Source of the DNA: an uncultured Phycisphaerales bacterium
GTDB taxonomy: Bacteria > Planctomycetota > Phycisphaerae > Tepidisphaerales > Tepidisphaeraceae
Direction of reading: 5' to 3'
NCBI GenBank assembly: GCA_963755915.1
Contig: CAVWLP010000002.1
Location: 1,792,001 to 1,856,000 of the forward strand
Length of the DNA stretch: 64,000 bases
The first letter of the stretch is position 1; every line of letters starts with the position of its first letter. Below the pieces are notes generated by a model that worked only from the letters and a program-made list of their open reading frames with translations, was not told the origin of the DNA and did no database searches. The position numbers were made by a program, and so were the translations under genes. Below, piece after piece: positions 54,008-62,456 of this stretch.

Positions 54008-55180
54008 TCACATCGCCTGCAATTCTTTGAGGACCCCCTCGGATTCGGATTCTTCCGGCTGTTCCGCGCGGATTGCGGTTCGGTAGGCTTTGGTGAGGGC
54101 TTTCCCGGAGAGGTCGGCGAGCTCGGCGAGGGGGATGAAGACACCCTTCGACTGGCTTGGCCAGAAGAGATGATGGGCGACGATGCCGATCCGCTCTACG
54201 CCGGGTTTGTCGAGGGGGGATTCTGTCCGCGCCTCGGCGGCTGTGAAGACGGCGCGGAGGATTTCGGAGCCCTGGGCGGGTTCGGCGATCAGGTCGGCGA
54301 TTTCTTCGATCGAGCCGGGGAGGATTAAGAATAGTTTTGCCTTGTTGGCCGCGGGGCCCGGTTGGACGGTGACGTAGGCGAAATCCTGGATGGGGCGGGC
54401 GTGGCGGTAGGGGCCTTTGCCGATTTTATTTAGCTGGTCGATGAAGGTTTTGATCTTGCCGGCGGTTTCGAAGCGGAGTTCGGCGGCGGCCTGCTTCATG
54501 CGGTCGTTTTGCTGGCGGATCATTTCGCGCGGGTCGGCCAAAGTTTGGGCGCTCCAGCGGATCATGAGACGGTATTGGTCCATCGAAATCGACCCATCGC
54601 AGGGGGCGGGGCATTTTCCCATTTCCTTGTAGGCGCAGGCGCGGGCGTTGGGGGCTTCGACGAGAATGTTGTAGTAGCGGCAGAGGTCGAAGGCGTCTTC
54701 GATGAGCTCCATCAGGCGGGCGGCGGCGTGCTTATCTTCGACGGGGCCGACGAGGATTCCGGGTTTGCCGGTGAGCTGAATGGTTTTCGTGTAGCGCGGG
54801 AAATTGGTTTCGGGGTCGACGTGGATGAACCAGGCGGGGCGGAAGCCGACCATGCCCTGGTAGCTGTCGGGGAAGGCCTGGCGGGCGACGTCGTGATAGA
54901 TCCAGTCGGCTTCGAAGGCGCTGTCGACGCGACGCCAATAAATTTTTCGGACGATTTCGCGGTAGTCGATGCGCTTGGTGAGGGAAATCGTTTCGCCGGT
55001 GAGGCGGCGCTTGAGGCTGTAGCGGAGGTTTTTGACGCAGAGAAGTTGGAGAGGGTGGTCTTCGGCATCCGCGAATAGGTAGACGACCCATTTGGCGGGG
55101 ACGGTGCGGAGGAATTCGTCGAAATTTTGCGCGGGGTCGAAATCGACGTGGCGATCGAGGATGCCCATAATTTGGGTCAT
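54008..55180 (-). CDS. UvrC N-terminal-like protein (degenerate GIY-YIG, Cys-rich segment, UVR domain)
   Basis: PAKWVVYLF..KNLR..SAFEA; LCR..CAYKEMGKCPAPC; MKQAAAELRFETAGKIK. Confidence 0.8.
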   Translation of the reverse strand: MTQIMGILDRHVDFDPAQNFDEFLRTVPAKWVVYLFADAEDHPLQLLCVKNLRYSLKRRLTGETISLTKRIDYREIVRKIYWRRVDSAFEADWIYHDVARQAFPDSYQGMVGFRPAWFIHVDPETNFPRYTKTIQLTGKPGILVGPVEDKHAAARLMELIEDAFDLCRYYNILVEAPNARACAYKEMGKCPAPCDGSISMDQYRLMIRWSAQTLADPREMIRQQNDRMKQAAAELRFETAGKIKTFIDQLNKIGKGPYRHARPIQDFAYVTVQPGPAANKAKLFLILPGSIEEIADLIAEPAQGSEILRAVFTAAEARTESPLDKPGVERIGIVAHHLFWPSQSKGVFIPLAELADLSGKALTKAYRTAIRAEQPEESESEGVLKELQAM

Positions 55181-55227
55181 GCGTTAATCCATGTTAGGAT
55201 CGGAAGAGAGGAAAATAAAAAAACATT

Positions 55228-55724
55228 ATGAGCCAAAACGAATCGCCGCTGGTCATTATCGTGATGGGGAGCAAGTCGGACTGGGAAACGATGCAGCATG
55301 CGTCGCAGACGCTGAAGGATTTTGAGGTGGCGCACGAGTGCCGGGTTTTGTCGGCGCATCGGACGCCGAAGGCGACGGCGGAGTATATTACTGCGGCGGA
55401 ATCGCGCGGGGTTGCGGTGGTGATTGCGGCGGCGGGAGGGGCGGCGCATCTGGCGGGGGTTGCGGCGGCGCATACGACGCTGCCGGTTTTGGGGGTTCCG
55501 ATGCAGAGTGCGGCGTTGCAGGGGCTGGATTCGCTTTTGTCGACGGTGCAGATGCCGGCGGGGATTCCGGTGGCGACGTTTGCGATTGGGAAGCCGGGGG
55601 CAGTGAATGCGGCGCTGTTTGCGGTGGCGGTGCTGGCGGGTTCGCGGGCGGGGTTGCGGGATCGGCTGGTGAAATTCAGGGAGAATCAGGCGCAGAAGAT
55701 TTTGGGGAAAAATTACCGGTTTGA
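55228..55724 (+). CDS. purE: N5-carboxyaminoimidazole ribonucleotide mutase (probable frameshift just before the stop)
   Basis: MGSKSD, SAHRTP, AGGAAHLAG, PVLGVP, STVQMPAGIPVAT. Confidence 0.97.
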
Positions 55725-55799
55725 GGGGAGACGAAGACACGGGCCGAGGACGGCCCGGCTCACTCTGGGAGCAGAGGGTTGGTCTGATTTGGGGGTTTG

Positions 55800-57197
55800 T
55801 TATTTTTGGGCGTTGTCGAGAAGTTCCACCAGGGGTTTCAAACGTGCGTCGAAGCGTTGTTGGAAGAGTAGCTGCGCGGCGCGGTAGAGGTTGAAGGCGT
55901 CGTTGGGGCTCATGTCGAATCTTGTGGAGATGGTGTTGACGGAGCTGCCGAAGGTGAGGGTGCTGAGTTCGCCGACCTGGGAGAGACTGAGGTGGGCGAT
56001 GCGGACGAGGCGGCCGCCCTGGTCTTTGATTTCGAGGTAGTGTTGGCGCTGGAGGGTGTCGATGAAGGCGCGGAGTTCGGAGGTGGTGTAGGTTCCCAAC
56101 GCGTTGTTTACGACGGCTTCGGAAAGGGTTGCAGAACCGGTGCGGTTGAGGAGGACGGAGCTGGAGACGCTGAAGCCTTCGAGGAGGTTTTCGATGCCGC
56201 CGAGCTGGGCCTTGGCGTTGATTTTGGCGTTGCTGGGGGTGCCGGCGTCGATGACGACGATGATGGCGCCGTTGGGATAGGGGTCGATGGGCTGCTCGGA
56301 TTCGGCCAGGTAGGAATTGATGAGCGTCTGGACGCCGAGGTTATCGACTACGCCGCCGTCGACGAGGTGGAGGTATTGGTTGAAGCTGGTGGAATAGTCG
56401 CGCAGGGTTGTGGGATCGAGGAGTGCGGGGACGGCGGAACTGGCGACGACGGCGCTGGCGAGGGGGTAGGTGTCGAGCTTCGAATTGATCATGTCGAAGT
56501 AGGCGTTGTCGAAGAGAAAGGGACGGCCGCTTTGCATGTCGGTGGAGTTGATGAGGAGGCGGGGGCGATCGGTGCGCAGGTCGGCGAAGGTGAGCCATTT
56601 TCCGTTGCGGGTGAACATGGTGTTGGCGAATTCATCCGCGAGCATGTCGCTGCGGTTGACGGTGCCCATGAGAAGGCCGAAGAGGTTCCAGGGGAGGAAG
56701 AAGACGCGGTCGAAGAGGGTGGTTTCGAATTGATTGGTGAGCTTGTCCTGGACGTTGGGAGGGTTCCACTGATAGTCCTTGCAGGAGCAGTAATAGGCGG
56801 CGGCGAGGGAGCCACCGCTGACGGAGGAGATGCACTGCACTTTCTGGAGGAAACCGATGCGCTGAAGCTCGAACATGCAGGCGGCGGCGAAGTTTGCGGA
56901 GCGGGAGCCTCCGCCGCTGATGGCGAGGCCGACGAAATAACCGTTGGGGCTGAGGCGACGTCCGCCGATCGGTTTGGCCTTGGGGCGTTCGTCGAGGGAG
57001 GGCATGAGAATGGGCTGGAGAAAGCTTTCGGTTTGGGGGTTGGTGTTGGTGGTTCGGTTTTCGAGGGGGAGGCGGAGGTCGTTTTCCTGCTGGTTGCGAT
57101 AGTCGGGGCTGCAGGCGGCGAGGATGAGGAGAAAGACGCAGGCGGTCAGGATCGCCCGGTTAGCATTTTCGGGTGAATATTCCTGTTGCGGTCGCAT
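55800..57197 (-). CDS. Patatin-like phospholipase, possible lipoprotein
   Basis: LILAAC lipobox-like motif, LAISGGGSRSA, SSVSGGS, LVDGGVVDN. Confidence 0.88.
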   Translation of the reverse strand: MRPQQEYSPENANRAILTACVFLLILAACSPDYRNQQENDLRLPLENRTTNTNPQTESFLQPILMPSLDERPKAKPIGGRRLSPNGYFVGLAISGGGSRSANFAAACMFELQRIGFLQKVQCISSVSGGSLAAAYYCSCKDYQWNPPNVQDKLTNQFETTLFDRVFFLPWNLFGLLMGTVNRSDMLADEFANTMFTRNGKWLTFADLRTDRPRLLINSTDMQSGRPFLFDNAYFDMINSKLDTYPLASAVVASSAVPALLDPTTLRDYSTSFNQYLHLVDGGVVDNLGVQTLINSYLAESEQPIDPYPNGAIIVVIDAGTPSNAKINAKAQLGGIENLLEGFSVSSSVLLNRTGSATLSEAVVNNALGTYTTSELRAFIDTLQRQHYLEIKDQGGRLVRIAHLSLSQVGELSTLTFGSSVNTISTRFDMSPNDAFNLYRAAQLLFQQRFDARLKPLVELLDNAQK

Positions 57198-57291
57198 GCT
57201 GGGGCCGAATATAACGCAGCCGTGGGATCGGGTGTAGGTGGTGGGCTTGTGGGCCTGTATCCGCCTAAACTCATATGTATGGAGGAGTTTG

Positions 57292-59145
57292 ATGAGCACG
57301 ATGCGTACGGATCGATCCGAGAATGAGAAAACGCGACGGCCGCCTGTGGGGCGGCCGAGCGTGGCGCAGCCGGCGATCAACTCTTACGTGCGGCAATGGA
57401 TCGATCAGTGCATCGACATGTGCCAGCCGCAAAATGTTTATTGGTGCGACGGCTCGCCGGAGGAGCGGCAAACGCTTCTGAAGCGGGCGGTGAAGGAGGG
57501 GGTCCTCATCGAGCTGAACCAGGAAAAGCTGCCGAACTGCTATCTGCACCGGAGCAATCCGAACGACGTTGCGCGTAGCGAGCAGGCGACGTTCATTTGC
57601 ACGCCGAGCCAGGATATGGCGGGGCCGACGAACAACTGGATGGAGACGCGGGCGGCGTATACGCGTTTGCGGGGGCTCTTCAGCGGGTGCATGAAGGGGC
57701 GGACGATGTATGTGGTTCCATTCGTGATGGGGCCGATCGGGTCGCCGCTGGCGAAGGTGGGGGTGGAGCTGACGGATTCGATCTACGTCGCGATCAGCAT
57801 GGGGGTCATGACGCGGATGGGGACGATCGCGTGGAGAGAGCTGGATTCAAGGGGATTTGATCCGAATATTGAGCCGGAGTTCACGCGGTGTCTGCATAGT
57901 GTTGGAGATTGCAGCCCGGAGCGGCGGTATATCTGCCATTTTCCGATCGACAATACGGTGTGGAGCTTTGGTTCGGGGTATGGGGGCAATGCGCTGCTGG
58001 GGAAAAAATGTCTGGCGCTGCGGATCGCGAGCTTTCTGGGATCGCAGCAGGATTGGATGGCGGAGCACATGCTGCTGATGGGAGCGACCAGCCCGGAGGG
58101 GGAAAAGACGTATGTGGCGGCGGCGTTTCCCAGCTCGTGCGGGAAGACGAATTTCGCGATGCTGATCCCGCCGGCAAAGTATCGGGATGCGGGATGGAAG
58201 ATTACCACGGTGGGGGACGACATCGTGTGGATGTGGGTGGATGAAAAGACGGGGAAATTGCGGGCGATTAATCCGGAGGCGGGATATTTTGGCGTGGTGC
58301 CGGGGACGAATGAGCAGACGAATCCGAACGCGATGGCGATCATGCGGAAGGACACGATTTTTACGAATGTTGCGCTGCTGCCGGATGGGGATGTGTGGTG
58401 GGACGGGAAGACGGCGACGGCGCCGGAGAAATGTGTTGACTGGATGGGGGAGGAGTGGACGCCATCGTGCGGGCGGAAGGCGGCGCATGCGAACAGCCGG
58501 TTTACGGCGCCGATGGTGAATAATCCGGCGCTGGATTCAGCGGCGGATGATCCGGCGGGGGTGCCGGTTTCGGCGATCGTGTTTGGGGGTCGGCGGTCGC
58601 GGGTGGTGCCGCTGGTGTTTCAGGCGTTTAACTGGATGCATGGGGTTTACCTGGGGGCGACACTGGGTTCGGAAACGACAGCGGCGGCGGCGGGGCAGGT
58701 GGGGGTAGTGCGGCGGGATCCGATGGCCATGCTGCCGTTCATTGGCTACAACATTCGCGATTATCTGGTTCACTGGTTCCGGATGCGCAAGAAGATGTCG
58801 GATTGTCCGCGGATTTTTCACGTCAACTGGTTCCGGAAGGATGACCAGGGGAGATTTTTGTGGCCGGGGTATGGGGAGAATATGCGGGTGCTGAAGTGGA
58901 TCATCGACCGGTCGCGCGGCCGGGCATATGCGCGGGAGACGCTGATTGGGTGGATGCCGCGGAGTTCGGATATCGATCTGGATGGGCTGAGCATCTCGCG
59001 GGAACAATTTGAGCAGCTGCAGTCGATTTCGGTGGAGGATGTGAAGGCGGAGCTGGTGAGCCAGGAGGAATTGTTTTTGAAGCTGGCGGGGGATTTGCCG
59101 AAGGAGATGATTTTTCAGAGGGAGTTGTTGATCAGTCGGTTATAA
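57292..59145 (+). CDS. pckG: Phosphoenolpyruvate carboxykinase (GTP)
   Basis: DVARSE, GSGYGGNALLGKKCLALR, AFPSSCGKTNFAM, VGDDI, INPEAGYFGV, VNWFRK. Confidence 0.97.
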   Translation: MSTMRTDRSENEKTRRPPVGRPSVAQPAINSYVRQWIDQCIDMCQPQNVYWCDGSPEERQTLLKRAVKEGVLIELNQEKLPNCYLHRSNPNDVARSEQATFICTPSQDMAGPTNNWMETRAAYTRLRGLFSGCMKGRTMYVVPFVMGPIGSPLAKVGVELTDSIYVAISMGVMTRMGTIAWRELDSRGFDPNIEPEFTRCLHSVGDCSPERRYICHFPIDNTVWSFGSGYGGNALLGKKCLALRIASFLGSQQDWMAEHMLLMGATSPEGEKTYVAAAFPSSCGKTNFAMLIPPAKYRDAGWKITTVGDDIVWMWVDEKTGKLRAINPEAGYFGVVPGTNEQTNPNAMAIMRKDTIFTNVALLPDGDVWWDGKTATAPEKCVDWMGEEWTPSCGRKAAHANSRFTAPMVNNPALDSAADDPAGVPVSAIVFGGRRSRVVPLVFQAFNWMHGVYLGATLGSETTAAAAGQVGVVRRDPMAMLPFIGYNIRDYLVHWFRMRKKMSDCPRIFHVNWFRKDDQGRFLWPGYGENMRVLKWIIDRSRGRAYARETLIGWMPRSSDIDLDGLSISREQFEQLQSISVEDVKAELVSQEELFLKLAGDLPKEMIFQRELLISRL

Positions 59146-59177
59146 AGTTTTCGCGGTCCGAGCGCGTTTCGCACAGC

Positions 59178-59597
59178 TCACACTAAAAAACGCTCGGCAC
59201 GGATGTTCAAATAAGCGCTGAGCGAGCGGATTGCGCCCTTGCTCCATCCACGTCGACCGCTGAGCATTTCGGACAGATTCGACTGGGGCACACCTATTGA
59301 TCGGGCGAGCGCGTTGATCGAGATTCCGCGCTGTTCGATGCGATGGCGCACCAGCTCGGCGGCGGAGAGTTTTGCGGCACCGGCGTCCTGAGCGCTCTTC
59401 TGTTCGTATTCGGCGACGAGATCCACGAGCACGTCAAGATATTCCGATGCGCCGCGGTCGTGCGTCTGTTTTGACAGGCGAAGGATCATTTTTTTGGCCC
59501 TCGCGTGATCGGCCGCGCTGCGAATCTTGCGCAGCGGCAACTCTTTGATGAGCTGCATGTAGGAATCCGATGCAGAGGTCTTCAACGTAGCGCGCAT
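59178..59597 (-). CDS. higA: HigA-type antitoxin (HTH)
   Basis: YLDVLVDLVAEYE, LARSIGVPQSNLSEMLSGRR. Confidence 0.88.
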   Translation of the reverse strand: MRATLKTSASDSYMQLIKELPLRKIRSAADHARAKKMILRLSKQTHDRGASEYLDVLVDLVAEYEQKSAQDAGAAKLSAAELVRHRIEQRGISINALARSIGVPQSNLSEMLSGRRGWSKGAIRSLSAYLNIRAERFLV

Positions 59598-59598
59598 C

Positions 59599-59907
59599 TC
59601 AATACCGTCCTTTCCAAAGATTTTTGTCGTACTCCGCGTGGGCCAGCAGATCCAAGGCGACCACGACCTGATTATGGTAGTTCACGTTTGAGAGCAGCCG
59701 ATATTCGTTTCCCTTGACGTTGAACACGGTGATTACAATGTCGCTTTTGAGTCTGACACCGTCGGCGGATGGGTAGTCGCCTCGAAGCTCGTCGAGACTG
59801 TGCCACTCGGCGTCCTCGACGGTGGCTATCCATGCTTGAAGCCATTTTCTTGCGTCCGGGTGCTTGCGCATGGCTTTGGTCAGCGCGTCATAGCCCAGAA
59901 GCCGCAT
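59599..59907 (-). CDS. higB: HigB-type toxin
   Basis: HPDARKWLQAW..W.SLDELR..VFNVKGNEYRL..HAEYDK. Confidence 0.9.
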   Translation of the reverse strand: MRLLGYDALTKAMRKHPDARKWLQAWIATVEDAEWHSLDELRGDYPSADGVRLKSDIVITVFNVKGNEYRLLSNVNYHNQVVVALDLLAHAEYDKNLWKGRY

Positions 59908-59942
59908 TATCTCATTTTGGTATAGGGTGGGCGAAAAGTCAA
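59908..59942 (-). promoter_or_regulatory. higBA promoter/operator
   Basis: TTGACT-N17-CAAAAT 6 nt before the ATG; imperfect palindrome TATACCA-AAA-TGAGATA. Confidence 0.7.
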
Positions 59943-59961
59943 TTCGGCGACGGAAAGATAA

Positions 59962-60001
59962 ACGGGGACGCCGCTAGTTAAAAAACTAGCTGCGTCCCCG
60001 T
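59962..60001. terminator. Strong hairpin (terminator or repeat)
   Basis: ACGGGGACGC.GCTAGTT-AAA-AACTAGC.GCGTCCCCGT. Confidence 0.55.
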
Positions 60002-60108
60002 CTTCAGGTCCGTGGACCACAAATAACTACTATAATCTACTAATTAGTGTACACTAATGGAAATCCCGAAAACCGTCTCTTTTCGTCCCATTTCGTCCCA
60101 CCACCAAT

Positions 60109-62274
60109 TCAACGCCAATTGTGCCACATCCGGCGGAATGCCGCTTCAATGCTTCGGGCGAATTTTGGGGCGTCCATCAGCGGCGAGCGCTGCATTCGTT
60201 CTCGCAATCCGGCTCTGAGGTCCGCGAGCCGGGGTTGATCCTTTGCCAGACCCACGGCGATCGTTATGAATTGCTCTTTGCTTTCCGCGGCGAGCTCCGG
60301 CAGGCCGAGGTTTGAGAGTTGAGACCAGCCGGCGCGGCCTACCGGGGTGTTTCCTATCAGCGTTGCGACCGGCACTCCCATCCAGAGGGAATCGAGGGTC
60401 GTCGTGTGGCCGTTGTACGGCATCGTGTCGAGGCCCAGGTCGATGCGGTGGTAGGCTTCCAGATATTCACGTCGGGATCGGCGGGAGAGGAATTCGATTC
60501 TGGTTCGGTCGATTCCCTCGGATTCAAATTGCTGGAGGGTGCGCTCTCGGAGGGAGCCTTCGGCGGCGAGGAGCAAAAGCCGGGAGTCTTTCACCTGGCG
60601 CATGATCCGGGCCCAGAGGGCGAAGAGGGGGTCGTTGGTTTTGCAGAAATTGTTGAGGCAGCCGAGGGTGACATAACCGTTGCGCTGGGCGGGCAGCGGG
60701 CTGACGGGAATGTCGGCTTCGTCCAGGGGCTCGTAGCACCAGAATGTTTCGGGGAGGCGGATGGTTTTTTCGGAGTAGAGGGATTCGTCCGTTGCGGGCG
60801 GATCGAGATAGGGGTCGCTGAGGCGATATTCGATGGCGGTTAGGCCTGCGCCGCCGGGATAGCCCAGCCAGGAGACCTGCACGGGGGCGGGCTTACGGGC
60901 GAAGATGAGAAGGCGGTGTTCGGCGGTGTGGAGTTTGAGGTCGACGAGGATGTCGATCTGGTCGCGGCGGATCTGGTCGGCGGCCTGATCGTCGGACAAT
61001 TGAGTGATGTTTCGCCAGGCGTCGGCCTGGTGCTCGAACCTGGTCGTCATCGCATCGAGGCGAACGACATTGGCGTAGCAGAACAATTCGACTTGAACGC
61101 GATCGTGCTCGCGGAGAAGGGGCCAGAGGAAATTGGCGGAGGCGTGGGTTCGGAAGTCGGCGGTGAGGTAGCCGATGCGGAGGCGGCGATTGGGGTCGCG
61201 GTCGTTTGTCCAGGGGAGGATGGATTTTTCAAGCGGCTGGGCGAATTTCTGGTTCCAGAGGCGGCACTGTTCGGCGATGGCATGGGTGTCGCAATCCAGA
61301 TCGTAGTGCATCGCGAGAATGAGGTTGCTGGAGGCTTCGAGGTAGTTAGGATTCAGCTCGATGGCGCGGCGATATTCGGCGATGGCCTGGTCGATCCGGC
61401 CAATCTCTTTTTTCACGCTGCCGAGGTTGCAGTGGACCTGCGGATAGTCGGTTTTTAGCTCGATGGCTTTTTGCAGAATCTCATCCGCTTCGTCGAGCCG
61501 GTCCATGAGTTTCAGGGCGATGCCAAGATTGCTGTAGGCTTCGACGAGGCGGGGTTGAAAGGAGATGGCTTTGCGGTAGGCGGCGATTGCTTCGTTTAGC
61601 TGCCCGAATTCGGTGAGGACGTTTCCCAGATTGCACCAGGCGTTGGCATATTGCGGCTTGAGTGTGATTGCCTGGCGGCAGGCGGCGATGGCTTCTTCGA
61701 GGCGCTTGGATTCCCAGAGGATGTTTCCGAGATTGCTGAAGGCCTCGGCGAGGCGCGGGTCGAGGGCGATCGCCTGGCGGTAGGAGGCGATGGCCTGGTC
61801 GCGCTTTCCCAATGCCCGCAGCACATTGCCGAGATTGGAGTGGGCGCCGGCGAGGGTTGACTTGAGGCGGATGGCCTGGCGGCAATGGGCTTCGGATTCT
61901 TCCCACTGCCGGTGTTTGTAGAGCACGTTGCCAAGGCTGCTGTGGGCCTCGGCGAGATGGGGTTTGAGTGCGATGGCCCGGCGGAAGGAGGCGACGGCTT
62001 CGTCGGTGCGGCCCATCTCGGCAAGGATGGTTCCGAGGTTTAAGTGGGCTTCGGCATAATCGGGGCGCATGGCGATGGTGCGGCGGATCAGTTCGACGGC
62101 GGCGTCGTTGCGTCCGACCTGGTGGGCGATGAGGCCGAGGTTGTGCAGGACTTCGAAATGATCGGGCTGGCGAGCGAGGATTCCGCGGTAGAGTTGTTCG
62201 GCTTCGCGCAGTTTTCCGGCCTCGTGGTATTTGAAGGCGAGGTCGAGGGCTTGCTGGATGGAGATTTCGGGCAT
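60109..62274 (-). CDS. TPR-repeat O-GlcNAc transferase/SPINDLY-like glycosyltransferase (GT41)
   Basis: About nine TPR repeats; RLRIGYLTADFRTHA, IDILVDL, KPAPVQVSWLGYPG, NNFCK, LDTMPYNGHTTTLDSLWMGVP. Confidence 0.92.
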   Translation of the reverse strand: MPEISIQQALDLAFKYHEAGKLREAEQLYRGILARQPDHFEVLHNLGLIAHQVGRNDAAVELIRRTIAMRPDYAEAHLNLGTILAEMGRTDEAVASFRRAIALKPHLAEAHSSLGNVLYKHRQWEESEAHCRQAIRLKSTLAGAHSNLGNVLRALGKRDQAIASYRQAIALDPRLAEAFSNLGNILWESKRLEEAIAACRQAITLKPQYANAWCNLGNVLTEFGQLNEAIAAYRKAISFQPRLVEAYSNLGIALKLMDRLDEADEILQKAIELKTDYPQVHCNLGSVKKEIGRIDQAIAEYRRAIELNPNYLEASSNLILAMHYDLDCDTHAIAEQCRLWNQKFAQPLEKSILPWTNDRDPNRRLRIGYLTADFRTHASANFLWPLLREHDRVQVELFCYANVVRLDAMTTRFEHQADAWRNITQLSDDQAADQIRRDQIDILVDLKLHTAEHRLLIFARKPAPVQVSWLGYPGGAGLTAIEYRLSDPYLDPPATDESLYSEKTIRLPETFWCYEPLDEADIPVSPLPAQRNGYVTLGCLNNFCKTNDPLFALWARIMRQVKDSRLLLLAAEGSLRERTLQQFESEGIDRTRIEFLSRRSRREYLEAYHRIDLGLDTMPYNGHTTTLDSLWMGVPVATLIGNTPVGRAGWSQLSNLGLPELAAESKEQFITIAVGLAKDQPRLADLRAGLRERMQRSPLMDAPKFARSIEAAFRRMWHNWR

Positions 62275-62456
62275 CAGGCCCAAATCTTAGCGATGGGAAA
62301 CTTCCCGGTCACGAATCCGTCTGAAGTTGTTGCCGCAGCGTTGCTCGTGGGTGTTATATGGATTTAAATATTGGTTGTTGAGGCGATTTGTGATGGGCTG
62401 GCGAATTTTTTTGTCATGATCGGGTCGCAGCGGACACTATCAGTGGATGGCGTGAT

